Shown in pieces: positions 45,546 through 64,000 of a stretch of DNA of 64,000 bases. The position numbers and the translations under genes are program-made. The stretch's first letter is position 1, and each line of letters opens with the position of its first letter. This stretch comes from the human T2T-CHM13v2.0 reference genome, Homo sapiens. Below the pieces are notes generated by a model. It was not told the DNA's origin. It ran no database searches and worked only from the letters and a program-made list of their open reading frames with translations. Location: assembly GCF_009914755.1 (NCBI RefSeq), contig NC_060947.1. The stretch is one strand, 5' to 3'.

Positions 45546-45877
45546 ACATGGGTTCTTGAGTCAGATTGGCTCGGATTGAATCTTGGTCCCACAAATTACT
45601 ACATGCATAATCTAGAGGTGAGTTGTTAACCCTCTCTGTGCCTGAGCTTTATCTGCAAAATGCAGCTAATACTACTTTATGTGATTTTCCTGAGGATTAA
45701 ATAACAGTATATGTAAAGTGCTTAGAATAGCACCAGGGACAGAGTAAATTTTCAATAATTAGTAGCTATGATGTCAAATCTGAAATACCTTTGAGAGTTT
45801 AGTAGAGTTATCAAGTAGGCAGTTGGATATATGGGAATTCAGGGTGGCCACCAGGGCTGGAGATATAATTTATAAGT

Positions 45878-46405
45878 GGGCAGAGTTAAAAGAGTTAACA
45901 TAGCAGGTCTGACAACGATCCTTTGAAAGGCCGTATTGCAAGGTTGGCCCTTGGCTGACATCAGAAAACTTGGATTTCAGGAGTTTTTTCACCCTTCCTA
46001 GGACTGATAAGAGCGGCTCACTGTGCCTAAATTGTTTGTATAAACAATGTGGTTTTATGCTGAATACTTGTTTTCCTCATGGGAGTCTGGAATTTTTGGT
46101 ACATGCTAGGCAGAGGGTATCTATATGACCCATCTTCAATAAAAACCCTGGTCACTGAGTCTCTAAGGAGTATCCTTGGCAGACAAGATTTCACATGTAT
46201 TGTCACATTTTGTTGCTGGAGGAAATAAGCATGTCCTGTATGGCACCACTGGGAGAGGAATCTTAGAAACTTGTACCTGATTTCCTCCAGAGAGCGCTCT
46301 GTACGCCTTTTCCCTGTGCTGATTTTGTTTGTATCCTTTCACTGTAACAAATTTTAGCCACAAGTATGACTATATGCTGAGTCCTCTGATTCTTCCCAGT
46401 GAGTC
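45878..46405. mobile_element. MER21-like LTR
   Basis: gagttaacatagcaggtctgac...gactatatgctgagtcct motifs. Confidence 0.7.
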
Positions 46406-47639
46406 AAACTTAAGATTTTAAATTTTGCCTTCAGATCTTGTCATACTATAATATGTATAAGTCTAGAAAATGTTAGCAATACATTTTTATGGAGCCTTTG
46501 ATTAATATTTAGTCCCATTACAAACTTAATTAAACTCCTTAACCCCATTTTACCAATGAAGAAATTGAAGGTCAGAGAGGTTAGGTTCCTTGCTCAAGGT
46601 CCCAAGGCCCTAAGTCTGCCTGATTCCTCAGCCCCACACTCTTTCCATTAAACCACATTCTTTCATAATAATGTTGTATATTTTATTTCACAGGCTCCAC
46701 CTTCTTTTCTTGTGGCTCTACTTGCCCCTGTATTCTTAAAATCTGCAAAATACTGTTTAGACTGTCATTAGGAGACAACTTCCACGGAAAGGTTACTTCA
46801 AGTCTTTTGATATTTTTCTCCCCACAGGGGAACTCTGCAGGTGAAACTGCCCAGCTGAGAGAGGTACATGGCTTGGAGGCAAGCCTTTCACTTCCTCTTT
46901 CCTAGTAAACATCAGTTTCTGGGGAGCTACTGTCTCTTAGAAATAGATCCCACTTAAAGGGCCAGAACAGTAGGGGTAGCCCCAGCTTAAAAACCCTTCA
47001 GGCTATGAAAGATCCTATCTTCCTTGAAGCTGTCATTTTCCTAACTGCCTGTCCTTATAGAATCGTAAACGGCCAGACAACATGAGCCCAGTCCTGTTGG
47101 CGTCAGTACAGATCCTCTGAGATCTGATTCAGTGCTCTGACTTAGTACTTCACAACGATGTTCTGCCTTACTGGGTGCTGGATTGTCCTGCTCTGAATCA
47201 TGTTAGGACAGGGTGGCTGTGTAAACAGAAATGACATCTACATCTCAGCATCTGTAAAACAAGTGAAGTGTTGCCATGATAAGCGGGAAGAGACTGGCTT
47301 TGGAGTCAGACAGACCTGAGTGTGTATTCCAAGCTCTACCCCCTACTAGATCAATAACCAAACCACCATCAGCTGTGTCTACATCTGTACAAGGTCGAGA
47401 CCTACCTCTCAGGATCTCTGTGGAATGACATATGTAAAAAGTCCAGCACCAATTAGAGATTTGATCAAGGCTATGATTGAAATTGTCTGTCCACGTGTTT
47501 CCCTCTCAACATTATGAGCTAGCTGCTCAAGGACAGGGACTCTCTGCATCATCTGTGTCACCCATACATCCTGAATACCACCCAGAACATAACAGATGTC
47601 AGTAAATGCTTGTGAAGCAAAACTAAACCAGGACTGTCT

Positions 47640-48035
47640 CTTTTTAAAATTTTTGTGGGTACACAGTAGGTGTATATATTTATGGGTTACATGATAAATT
47701 TTGATAGAGTCATGCAATGCATAATAATCACATCAGGGTAAATAGGGTATCTATCTACTCAAGCATTTATCCTTTGTGTTACAAACAATTCAATTATATT
47801 CTTTTGGTTATTTAAAAATGTACACTTAAATTATTTTTGATTATAGTCACCCTGTTGTGTTATCAACCACTAGATCTTATTCATTCTTTCTATTTTGTAC
47901 CCATTAACCACCCCCACTTTTCCACCACCCTGAATTACCCCTCCCAGCCTCTAATAATCATCCTTCTAGTCTCTATCTCCATGAGTTCAATTACTTTAAT
48001 TTTTAACTCTCACAATTAAGTAAGAACCTGTGAAA
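47640..48035 (-). mobile_element. L1MA 3' end fragment
   Basis: Antisense L1MA 3'UTR (ttttgtgggtacacagtaggtgt...). Confidence 0.85.
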
Positions 48036-48370
48036 TTGGGCCTGTCTCTTCATCTGAAAAGTGAGGGGGTTCAACTTGCGGGTTCTTTGTAACTCTGACA
48101 TCCTGTTTCTATGGAAACTGATGATGTGTCTATGTTGATATCAACCTCCTTTACACAGAAGTTAAATTTGCTACATTGTGACCATTGTCATGATTTTTTT
48201 TATCGTGTGTCTTTGAGCTGCATATGACTAAGGCTGGGCCAGATATGGTTTCTTACTCTCCACCAGATTGGATGACACAGAAACAGAAGTTTCACACATG
48301 ATAGCCTTGGTACCATAGTAATATGATTATCCATAATGAACAGCATTCACTCATTTATGAAAACACAGCT

Positions 48371-54060
<5,690 letters not shown>

Positions 54061-54546
54061 CAAAAAAACCCCCTCAAAACTAAATCTTGAGTGAAAAAGC
54101 AAGATAGTGATATATTTACTATGATACTATTTATAATTAATTACAAAACCTATAAGACAATACTCTATGTTGTCAATGAATAGGTTAATATGTAGTGAAA
54201 GTATAAGAACTTCCAAGAATATAACAAACAACAAATTCAGCATAGTGGTGACCACTGGACAGAGAGAAAGAGAGGAGAGGGAAAGGATTGGGAGGGGTAC
54301 ACAGAGATTTTAACTATATCTGCAATATTTTATTTCCTAAAAAGAAAGATATCTGAATCAAATTAGGCAAAATTCCAAGATTTGACAAGTCTGAGTGAGG
54401 AGTGTAGTATTATTCCCTGTGATTTTGAATGCTTGAAATATTTTACTGAACAAAGGAAAAGCATGAACAAGGAGATAAAAGAATTTGCTACTCTTGGAAG
54501 CTTCATTTTCTCAACAAGCCAGCATTTCTTTTTCCTCCATCTTTAC

Positions 54547-56603
54547 CAGGAAAATTTCATTTTCTCAAGCTAGTTCCATGGTAGGTCTTTCTTCATTTAC
54601 AGGTCAGCACAGGCTCCCACAAACACTTGACCCATCTGGCTTTGAGCTTAATCCTTGGTGGGGGTAGGGGTGAGCCTTTTTGTCTCCTTTTGACCCTTGA
54701 TAGGCTAGCATCAACCAGGACACTGTCACGTAATTACTAAATAAAACAGATTTCGGAAGATGTTGGTTACCAGATCACTATTTCATGACTAATAATTCAT
54801 ACTCACATTCGGGTCTCACATACTTATGTACAAGGCAATGCACATAAGTTTTTATTGAACTCTTCATTTTACATTTATCTTAGAGCCCTATTGGACGCGA
54901 CTCCTTTTTGCTAACTGCCTTTCAGCTATTAAAAAGCTGCATATTAGAAATGTTATGCGCCTTCCTTGGTGGCATCTCATATGCCACAAGCTGAACAGCT
55001 TTACCTCCACTTTTCAATATACACTTTTCAGTGAGCAAACATCTCACACTTGTCCTTAAAAGTTGTTAATACAAACAAGCTCATTTTATACTGGGATGCA
55101 TTTCTCTTTGTACAGTTACAAATCTCTAAATATTCCTCAGAGGTGGAGGATCAGTCTATTGGTTGGTTCCTTTGATGCCATGCTCTAGTCATCTTGCATT
55201 CCTCTGCCCTCCCAATCTAAGTCCACTAACGAGGTCAGACTTACATCATGTAGTGCCATTACCCAAATTGATTTGTGCCAGAGTGGTCTTAAATTATTCC
55301 CTATTATATGTTGAGGTGAGAGAAGAAGAGCTCAGTGCAAAGCTAAGAAAGACTAGTGTGTTACAGTGGTTTCCATTTTCCAGTTCTGTTCATCTGAGTC
55401 CTGAAAATCTTAGCTCTAAAGCTCACTGTCAGCCTATGTTATCAATATAAGCTCATGGATTATGTGGCACAACCTGAAGCTTGAGAAACATTTCCATTTG
55501 AATGCCAACTTACAGTCACTTGTTTCCAATGATTCTAGTTAATATTCCAATGATCCTAGTTAATATTACCTAGTTAATATTATTCCACATACTACAAATT
55601 TCCTGATATTAAATGCTTACAGTTGTCGATATATTTTTGAGCCAATGCATCTACATTTTCATAGTTCCTGAACTTATTTATTTTAGTCAACTTATTGGTA
55701 TCTAGTACATTTAGAATAGCAGAACCAGTGCAATCACCCAATGTCTTCGTTTTCATCCAAGAAGTTCAGATTTTGACCCAATGGCTCATAAAGCTGTACT
55801 ACATTGACTTGATAACAGAAACATGTACATTTTAAAATTAGCATTAAGTGTCATTTTTCACAGAATGCAAACAATATATCAATATAATTACAGAAGGTAA
55901 AACTTGTATTGCCTGCTAAGATCTATGCTTTTGGGAATAACTATGATATATGAGTTGTGTTCTTGGCAGAGCAGAGTGTATCCGATCAAGGACAAGTTTG
56001 AACAGTGTTATCTCTAGGAAGTCTTCATTGTCTGGACTTTTGTCTGCATTAGAATTGACTCTTCATCTTGAATTTGTACAAATGTTCCCCATTTGTGACA
56101 GTTCCCATACCTTATGTTCTTTTCTCTAGTCAGGCCAATTGATAAATCCACTACAGAAACTCCTTTTGAATATAATCACTGCCAACAGAGAACAAGCGAG
56201 GATCTTCTAGGGTTGTTGGATCAAGCCTGAAATTCTACCACTTGGCAATTCCCCATCCTCTCATCTGCTTACTGGATAAAATGCTGAACGTATCCAATTT
56301 CCAGTGGAAATTAGAGGAAAGAGCCAAATAGGCTAGCTTAAGAAATTAAATCTACCCTAGATAGCATAAAGTTGTTTACCAGTAATATGTCTCAATATAA
56401 CAAACAAAGTTATTTCTGTTCATCACAAATATTGATGATATATCCAAACTCTTTTTTAGTTAAACAAAATACCCACATGCATCACATGCTCAGGACTCTT
56501 CAAACACTATTCCTCAGACAATTGCTTGCACAATAAGTAACACTTGCATAGCAAAAGTACTCCATGAGAAGCTCTCAGCAGATAAAGTTGAATCCAATTA
56601 AAC
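54547..56603 (-). pseudogene. Cluster of exon remnants: 56603-56473, 56226-56111, 56043-55913, 55793-55738, 55054-55005, 54887-54807, 54736-54547
   Basis: All have AG acceptors; donors gtattt, gtatgg, gcaata, gtgatt, gtaaag, gtgagt, gtaaag; junction phases 2,1,0,2,1 match; LYEPLGQNLNFLDENEDIG|TSVRCLLTEKCILKSG|GL...CIAL. Confidence 0.7.
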
Positions 56604-56764
56604 CTGAAAAACAATATTATACACTTTTCTAATTAGTTTGATGTACAGGCTGACTTTTTTGTCATGCTCACACCAGCCAGATGTGAGAACACAAATTCTG
56701 GTAGAACTTACATTTCATTTCTCCAAAGAATTTTGTCTTAATGAATTTTTTATATTTGACATCA

Positions 56765-57720
56765 TTTCTTTTTTAATTTTTAATTTTTGTGGGTACATAG
56801 TAGGTACATATATTTATGGGGTATATGAGATATTTTGATACAGGTGTATAGTGTGTAATAATCACATCAGGGTAAATGGGTGTCTGTCACCTCAAGCATT
56901 TGTCCTTTGTGTTACAGAAAATTCAATTATACTCCTTTAGTTATTTTTAAATGTACAATTACATTATTTCTTACTACAGTCAACCTGTTGCACTATGAAA
57001 CACTAGATCTTAATCATTCTTTCTATTTTTTTGTGTGTCCATTAGCCATCTCCACTTCCCCATCACCCCACAATTACCCTTCCCAGCCTCTGGTAACCAT
57101 TCTTCTACTCTCTATCTCCATGAGTTCAATTGTTTTAATTTTCAGCTCCCACAAATAAGTGAGGACATGTGATGTTTGCCTTTCTGTGCCTGGATTATTT
57201 AATGACCCCAGTTTCATCCATGTTGTTGCAAATGACAGGATCTCATTCTTTTTATGGCTGAGTAGTACTTCATTGTGTATATGTGCCACTTTTTTTTATC
57301 CGCTCATCTATTGATTTACACTTAGGTTGCTTTCAAATCTTGGCTATTGGGAATAGTGCTGCAATAAATATGGGAGTGTAGATACCTTTTTGATATCCTG
57401 ATTTCCTTTCTTTTTCCTTTCTTTTGGGTACACACCTAGCAGTGGATTGCTGGATCAGTGGCTCTATTTTTATTTTTCAAGGAACTTCCAAACTGTTTTC
57501 CATAGTGGTTGTACTAATTTACATTCCCACCAACAATGTACAAGGGTTCCCTTTTCTCCACACCCTCACCAGCATTTGTGATTGCCTGTCTTTTGGATAA
57601 AAGTCATTTTAACTGGAGTAAGATGATATTTCATTGTAGTTTTGATTTTTACTTCTCTGATGATCAATTACGTTGAGCACCTTTTCATATACCTGTTTGC
57701 CATTTGTATGTTGTTTGAGA
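56765..57720 (-). mobile_element. L1MA 3' fragment
   Basis: Antisense 3'UTR; minus ORF 57074-57289 (KNEILSFATTWMKL). Confidence 0.88.
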
Positions 57721-57934
57721 AATTGGCATCATTTCTTGATTACCTTGTCATACTTCTCACAATAAAAATCTATATATAGACTGAAATTAAATATTTTTAT
57801 CTCTCAGAGCTATAAGGATCTAAGTATTAAATTTTTCTTCAAGATTGAGTTATAATTATTAGTATGTAACTGATAAAAAACATAAATTACATATTTGAAA
57901 AAACACAGAAGGTAAAATTTTATTGGAAACATAT

Positions 57935-58400
57935 CCCCATGAGATCAATGGAACTTCTAAAACTAGTTGAGGTATCCACAGGTCAATATAATTTACTGTT
58001 AGAATGAGACAGCATTAAGAGACACTGCTCTTCCTGTTTTTCATTTATATAGATTTAAGAACTGGGAAATAAATAAGTAGATAAGAATGAATGAACATTT
58101 TGTTATAACAAAGTCACTCAGTTCTTTGAACTCCTTATGCTAAAAATCATATACTGATTCATCATCAAAATTATTCATAATGATTTACTAGCTGCCAACT
58201 CCATTACATTCTTCTTATCCATTTTGTTGAAAGCAAATAATTAGAAAGCATTTGGTTCACAAAAGGATTTATTTCCTACTAACACAATCACTCACTTTCT
58301 CAACAACAAAATCAGTATTTGGAATTTCCCCTTTGTTGGATGCCTGGAGGTTTTTGACACTCTGTGACTAGTGCTCTAGGGTAGTGTGAGGCTTGCCTTT
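57935..58400 (-). pseudogene. Candidate exon remnants 58400-58296, 58223-58122, 58033-57935
   Basis: Donor aaa|gtgagt at 58295; peptides GKFQILILLLRK, MDKKNVMELAASK, NNFDDESVYDF*HKEFKE; other splice sites degenerate. Confidence 0.4.
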
Positions 58401-59960
58401 CTTTTGTAAACAGGAAGGATTGTAAAAGTAGAGGTGGTGAGGGAGAACGGGTACTTGGGCAGGTCGGTTTTAGAAAAGAGTAAGTATTGAAGCTGAGGAT
58501 GTGGAAATTGATTCCCTTAAAATGACACGTTCCTATGAACCCTTTGCAACCTCTTTGTGTGCCACCAGGAGTAACCATCCCCCAGTTTGAAGGCTGTGTG
58601 CCTAATAGACTTAGTGTAACTCCTAGGTGATCAATATACTGTTAAAGAAAATGCATTTGGTTTTCCAAAGTGTTCTCTCATACATTTCCTTCTTGCCAGT
58701 GCCCAGGGATCTATTTATGGCTGGCAGGATTGATATTGCCTGTGGCAGATAAAGAACTTGTGGCCCAGAGAGAGGGAAGAGTGATTTGTCCAAAAAGTCA
58801 CAGCCAATGTTTCTGGTCCCTTGTCCCCAAGGTCTGAGCTTTTGGGACCACTCCACATTGCCTTGCAAGCTCCCGTCCTAATCAGTCAGACATCAGCAAG
58901 TACTTATTGAAGACTTCTTGGCTTCCCAACATCATGCCAGGCAGCCCCATCCTCTGTCCTTTCCTTTTCCACTAAACTTCTCACTCACTATACTTGTTTA
59001 ACTCCCGCTAATTTGCTGACATTTACTGAGCACTCATTGCTAGTCAATAGTGCTTTATATATCTTACTTAACCCTTACAAAACCACAATGGGGTTGGTAC
59101 TATGTTCACACTGTTTTAAGGGTCTGTCCTTAAAATTGAGGATGACAGTCCACCATAGATGAAACACAATTTTTATTTTTTCACCACAGTGGAATAGAAA
59201 TTATAGGACATCAGGACACCAAGTCTAGGTAGTGGATTTCACTCTGCCTTTTGTTTTCTAATTTCAGCAATTCCAGGGGTTACCCTTATTCTTTGCCTTG
59301 AGATACTCAGTCTCAGGCCCTAAACCAGGTCGGTATAGGTCATTCCAGATTGAATACAGAGAGCTCAGTTTCAGAGTCAACCTGTGTCTAAGCACCAGCT
59401 GACCTGAGGGGGAAACATTCAGGGTGGCCTCAGGTCAGCTTTGTTATAGGGTTGTGAAATTCGTGCAGGGCACAAAGTTGCAGAGTCAAAAGTACAAGTT
59501 GGGGCTGAAATCCAGGCTATGCTCTACTTGTCAAGTCCCACCCACACAGGGCTGCAGCCATCCAAAAAGGAGGCTCTTTCCATATTCATCTGTCTAAATG
59601 GGTCACCTTTCTCTTAGGTACACAAGACCATCATATAGGCTGCCAGATGTCCTGGTAATGTTCTCAGTCTCTGTTGATTCATTTTGTCAATAATGTAAAT
59701 GACGTGTACTGGTTTTCAGTTTTAGAATCAATCCATATACAAGGTCTGGTAGACCTAGTTATATTTACAGAACAGAATAGGAATGTTATCAGCATCGAAA
59801 ATGTAACAGCAAAACAATGACTGTCAGAAAGTGATAGGAAAATAAAAACCTCTAATATCTTCATCTTATGTAGATAGAATTGCGATACTGATTGCCAGTG
59901 ATGAAACAAACATAAATGAATTATGCTTTTAAATCAATAAGTTAGAAAACAGTTAAACCC

Positions 59961-60341
<381 letters not shown>

Positions 60342-60925
60342 TTAGATGAAAAATTAAGGAATAAAGGCATAGAATTCATAGTTACAAAGGTAACAAGAAG
60401 AAAAACAAAATAATAATATATCTATGTTACAGCTTTGCCTTTGTCCAGTGTAGACCCCAGGGCACATCCCTTCGTAGGCTCTTTTGACACCCTCTTACCC
60501 TCCACTCAGTCTCCCTTGCCCCCTTCCCTGAAGCAGCCAAGCAATGCAGACAGGGCCTTCTCCCTGTTTTTCTTTATCATTATCTTCATTCTCTGTATCT
60601 TTATTTTCTGTCCCTTCATTATCTCTTTATTCTCTGGGTCATTATTTTCCATCTTTCTAAATATTTGTATCACTCTACATCTCTATTGCTCTTTCAATTT
60701 CTCTCTGTGTCTTTCTGTAATTTTGGCTCTACCTTTCTGGCTCCTTCCCCATCGGTTCCAAAACTGCACCATGCTGTTTGGACAAACAAAATACCTGATC
60801 CTGGACTATGCATACCTTGCCAGCATATAACCTTCACCCAATCTCAACCCAGAGCATAGCCAAGTTTCTCACAGGAGAGATGTATACTCTGGAGATTGGA
60901 CTCATCTCATCTCTGCTTCAACCCT

Positions 60926-61533
60926 TGAAACCTCCCCTATAAACTTCATAAAATTAGGGAAGAAAGGAGGGGAAAAAGTAAAATAAACCAAGCTTGCAGC
61001 ATATTCAGCTTTAATCAAGTCAACTTACTCTCTGGCCTGTTTCCACATAGCTGTTTGTGCCTACTGTCTTAGAATCATGTAGACCCTGTTACATGATTAC
61101 AGTTCCTCTTAACTGCTCTACAGATAACAATTTGAACATTATGAAATGTTGTTTTCCCTTTGAGATATTCCTGCAGGTTCTGCATACTGAAGAAACTACT
61201 ATTTCAGCTGGTCTGAAGGACCCCACTGATGCCAGCTGACCTGAAGGACTCCATGAAAAGCTGACTCACCAAAGAATGCAGTTTCCATATCCTGATGATT
61301 TCATCCCCCTTGCCCCGACAAATCAACAACCCCTCATCCTCCACGATCCCCTTAATAAATAACTCCAGCCCAGAACTCCTTGGGGAGATGGATTTGAGGT
61401 TCTCCTCCCATCTCCTTGCTTGATGTGGGGTGCCCTGTGATGATTACATTCTTTTTTTGCTGCATTTTTGCTGTCTTAGTGTAATTGGTTAGTTATTGTG
61501 CATTGGGCATATGAGCCTGTTGGTCCTATAACA
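60926..61533 (+). mobile_element. ERV1 solo LTR (LTR26-like) inside an L2 remnant
   Basis: TG...CA termini (tgaaacc...ctataaca); aaataaaccaagcttgcagc motif. Confidence 0.75.
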
Positions 61534-62590
61534 TCTTCAGCCCACTGCAAGCAGCCTCACCCTGATTCCTCTGCTCAATCTACTCCAGGACAGGTAGTAA
61601 GGGCTCCTTGATCTCGTATCCATTAATTCTTTCTTCCTGAGGGACCCTCTCATTCCACGCTTTTCCTTTTTCTCTCATTCTCTCCCCTTCTTTCTTCTCC
61701 CATCCCTTTTTCTCCCCCTTCTTCTCCTCCTCTGCCCAATCCCACCACTGAAGTTCCTCAGGGCCATGCCAGAGCCTCTTTTTCTTCTCTCCTCTCCCCA
61801 CTCTGCATAATCCCCCTGGGTAAACTCATTTGCCCTTGTTGTCTCAACCACCAGCCTCAGCCATATTCTTACTCCTTCAAACTCTGAGGAAGCTGCAGCC
61901 CCAACCCTCTTCCCCCTAAAAAACACACCACAGGGCATTCTGCCCTCAATTTCGGTGAATCATGACCTCTGATGTCTGTTCATGGACATAGGACCATTTA
62001 TCCAGCTCCTCCCTTGAAACCCTGTCTTCCTCTGCTTGCCAGAACACCATTTGCTCCTGCCTTTCTTTTACTCCTTTGGCAGCTCCTTCTCTGGCTCCTT
62101 GCTGGCATTTTTCTTTGCTTCTGTTTCCTCCTTAAACATCCACATTCTCAGGGCCCTGACCTCTTCCTCTCCAAACACCCTCTGAGGGAGGTCTTAAAAT
62201 TTATAGCCATGGCTTGGGAAAGGAGGAGACACGGAGTGGGTCTTGAAAGATGCACAGGAAATTTCTGTGGCAGCTGTAAGGCTCATAGGCATGAAGCAGA
62301 TGACCTCGCTGAGATAAGGCCAGGCCACAGCCTCCTGGACCCAGAGAAATGTTGGAGAACTTGGCAGGGCTGCAGACAGAGGACATTAAATACATGTCCT
62401 GCATTCAGTGATTCTATTCTGCATACTGTATTGACTATCAAGACCTCCTAAATGTACCAGATTCAGCTTTTTAAAATAAATTACTAAAAACTTGGTAGTT
62501 GGAGTTACTTTTCAGCCACAGTAATTGGCTCTTAAATTGCCAGTTTAAAGGGGAACACTACTTTTTGCAATGTAAAAAAAAAAATCCTAC

Positions 62591-62648
62591 CTCCCCAAAT
62601 AAAGACAATCTGTAAATTGTTCAGACGACTGTCTTTCTGCAGGTTTGG
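62591..62648 (-). pseudogene. 58-nt exon remnant with strong splice sites
   Basis: ctttcactccttttggtcttccttcag|...gggag|gtagga; PNLQKDSRLNNLQIVFIWG. Confidence 0.6.
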
Positions 62649-62698
62649 CTGAAGGAAGACCAAAAGGAGTGAAAGAATTAAAAGTACTTTTTAAAAAA

Positions 62699-62983
<285 letters not shown>

Positions 62984-63072
62984 TAAAAGTACTTATTTTT
63001 CATATTCAGGAAAGGAAAAGACTGTTCTTTGGCCAAAGTCTCAAGCTGTGAACAGTATTAATTAGTGATAAC

Positions 63073-63074
<2 letters not shown>

Positions 63075-63108
<34 letters not shown>
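63075..63108. repeat. (TG)n microsatellite
   Basis: About 17 TG units. Confidence 0.97.
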
Positions 63109-63110
<2 letters not shown>

Positions 63111-64000
63111 CACTGAAAGCCAATCAGCAAGCAATAGCCTCACTTCAGTAACTGCAGTTCTGAGAGCAAATTAATGACAGCCCAAAACTTCTGAAAGTCT
63201 ATCAGAAATGCCCAGTCCTAAAACTCAGCCAATCAGTGATAACTCCCCAAAGTCAGCCAATCCGAGACAGCCCCACACTTCCAGACATCAGCCAATCATT
63301 GAGCACTCGATCCAGCTGCCATGTTCTAGAAGTCACTCCTTGACAGCAGCTTTAGTCCAGTGAGCACAGCAATGCACTGAAAGTCTGTTAGGCCCTCCAC
63401 ACTCCTGCTTATCAATGCTGGTCAATCCCTGAACTCCAGGCTTCCCATAACCTTCTCAAAGCTCTGGCTTTGTTCTGGAAGACTGTGACTTACAAATACA
63501 GATCTCTGTTGTAGGCGTACAGGAAGTTACTCTTTTTTTGCATCAGATTTCAAGTTCAATTTATTGTTAGTTCACAAGTTCACATCCCATTCAACAGCCC
63601 AACCTCTATTTACAGTTGGTTATAAGTTACAACTTCCTAGTGACAGACATACTTTTCAATTCTTAGAGTGGTTGCTTTATCAATTTTTAAAATTTGTGTA
63701 TATTTGAATCTCAAAATGCCAAAACACAAGCATGATATATTCCATGATATATTTAAGAGTGTACATTTATTAAATGAGGGAAAAGTCCTTTTGAAGATCT
63801 TGGTTTAGTATATAATTGTTCATTTAATGTCAAAAATGGTAGAAAATCAGATATAAACCAGCATATAACAGCTAAGCACAAGATATATGATTTCATGAAC
63901 TGGTACCAAAGAAAATAATAAAATAGCAGACATTTGTTAAGAAAAAATCAGGTGAAAAAAATAAAGCAGAAGCTGTAATAGTCTTCTACTCTGTTTATTA

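Noticed and set aside
60435-62451. Hydrophobic ORFs 60435-60830 and 61972-62451 as membrane proteins
   Set aside because: Pyrimidine-rich low-complexity or L2-derived DNA; no recognisable family.
63653-63899. Two firm exons at 63899-63765 and 63709-63653
   Set aside because: Frames are open, but the implied intron is only 55 nt and the phases conflict; kept only as a tentative edge of the pseudogene.

Overview
AT-rich primate (human-like) genomic DNA, mostly interspersed repeats: nested L1 elements of several ages (L1PA, L1PB, L1MA/MC/ME types), about 16 Alus, LTR solos, and MIR/L2 fragments. I find no intact host protein-coding gene; nearly all long ORFs in the track are L1 ORF1/ORF2 or Alu read-through. 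The recognisable non-repeat element is a PGAM1 processed pseudogene (22813-25056). The main finding is in the short unique islands between repeats. On the minus strand they hold a series of AG/GT-bounded, largely phase-compatible, stop-containing exons (about 63.9 kb down to 21.8 kb). Their translation is collinear with the central and C-terminal part of TTC3/DZIP3-family E3 ligases as I recall them, suggesting a dead multi-exon TTC3-like paralog broken up by L1 insertions. Other oddities: a DNA-transposon fragment carrying L1 retrotransposition hallmarks, an L1 with a 1.5-kb inverted duplication, an extended L1 ORF0, and a scrambled 5' end of the PGAM1 retrocopy. Repeat subfamily names and TTC3 similarity come from recall of consensus sequences, not from searches; repeat boundaries are approximate.
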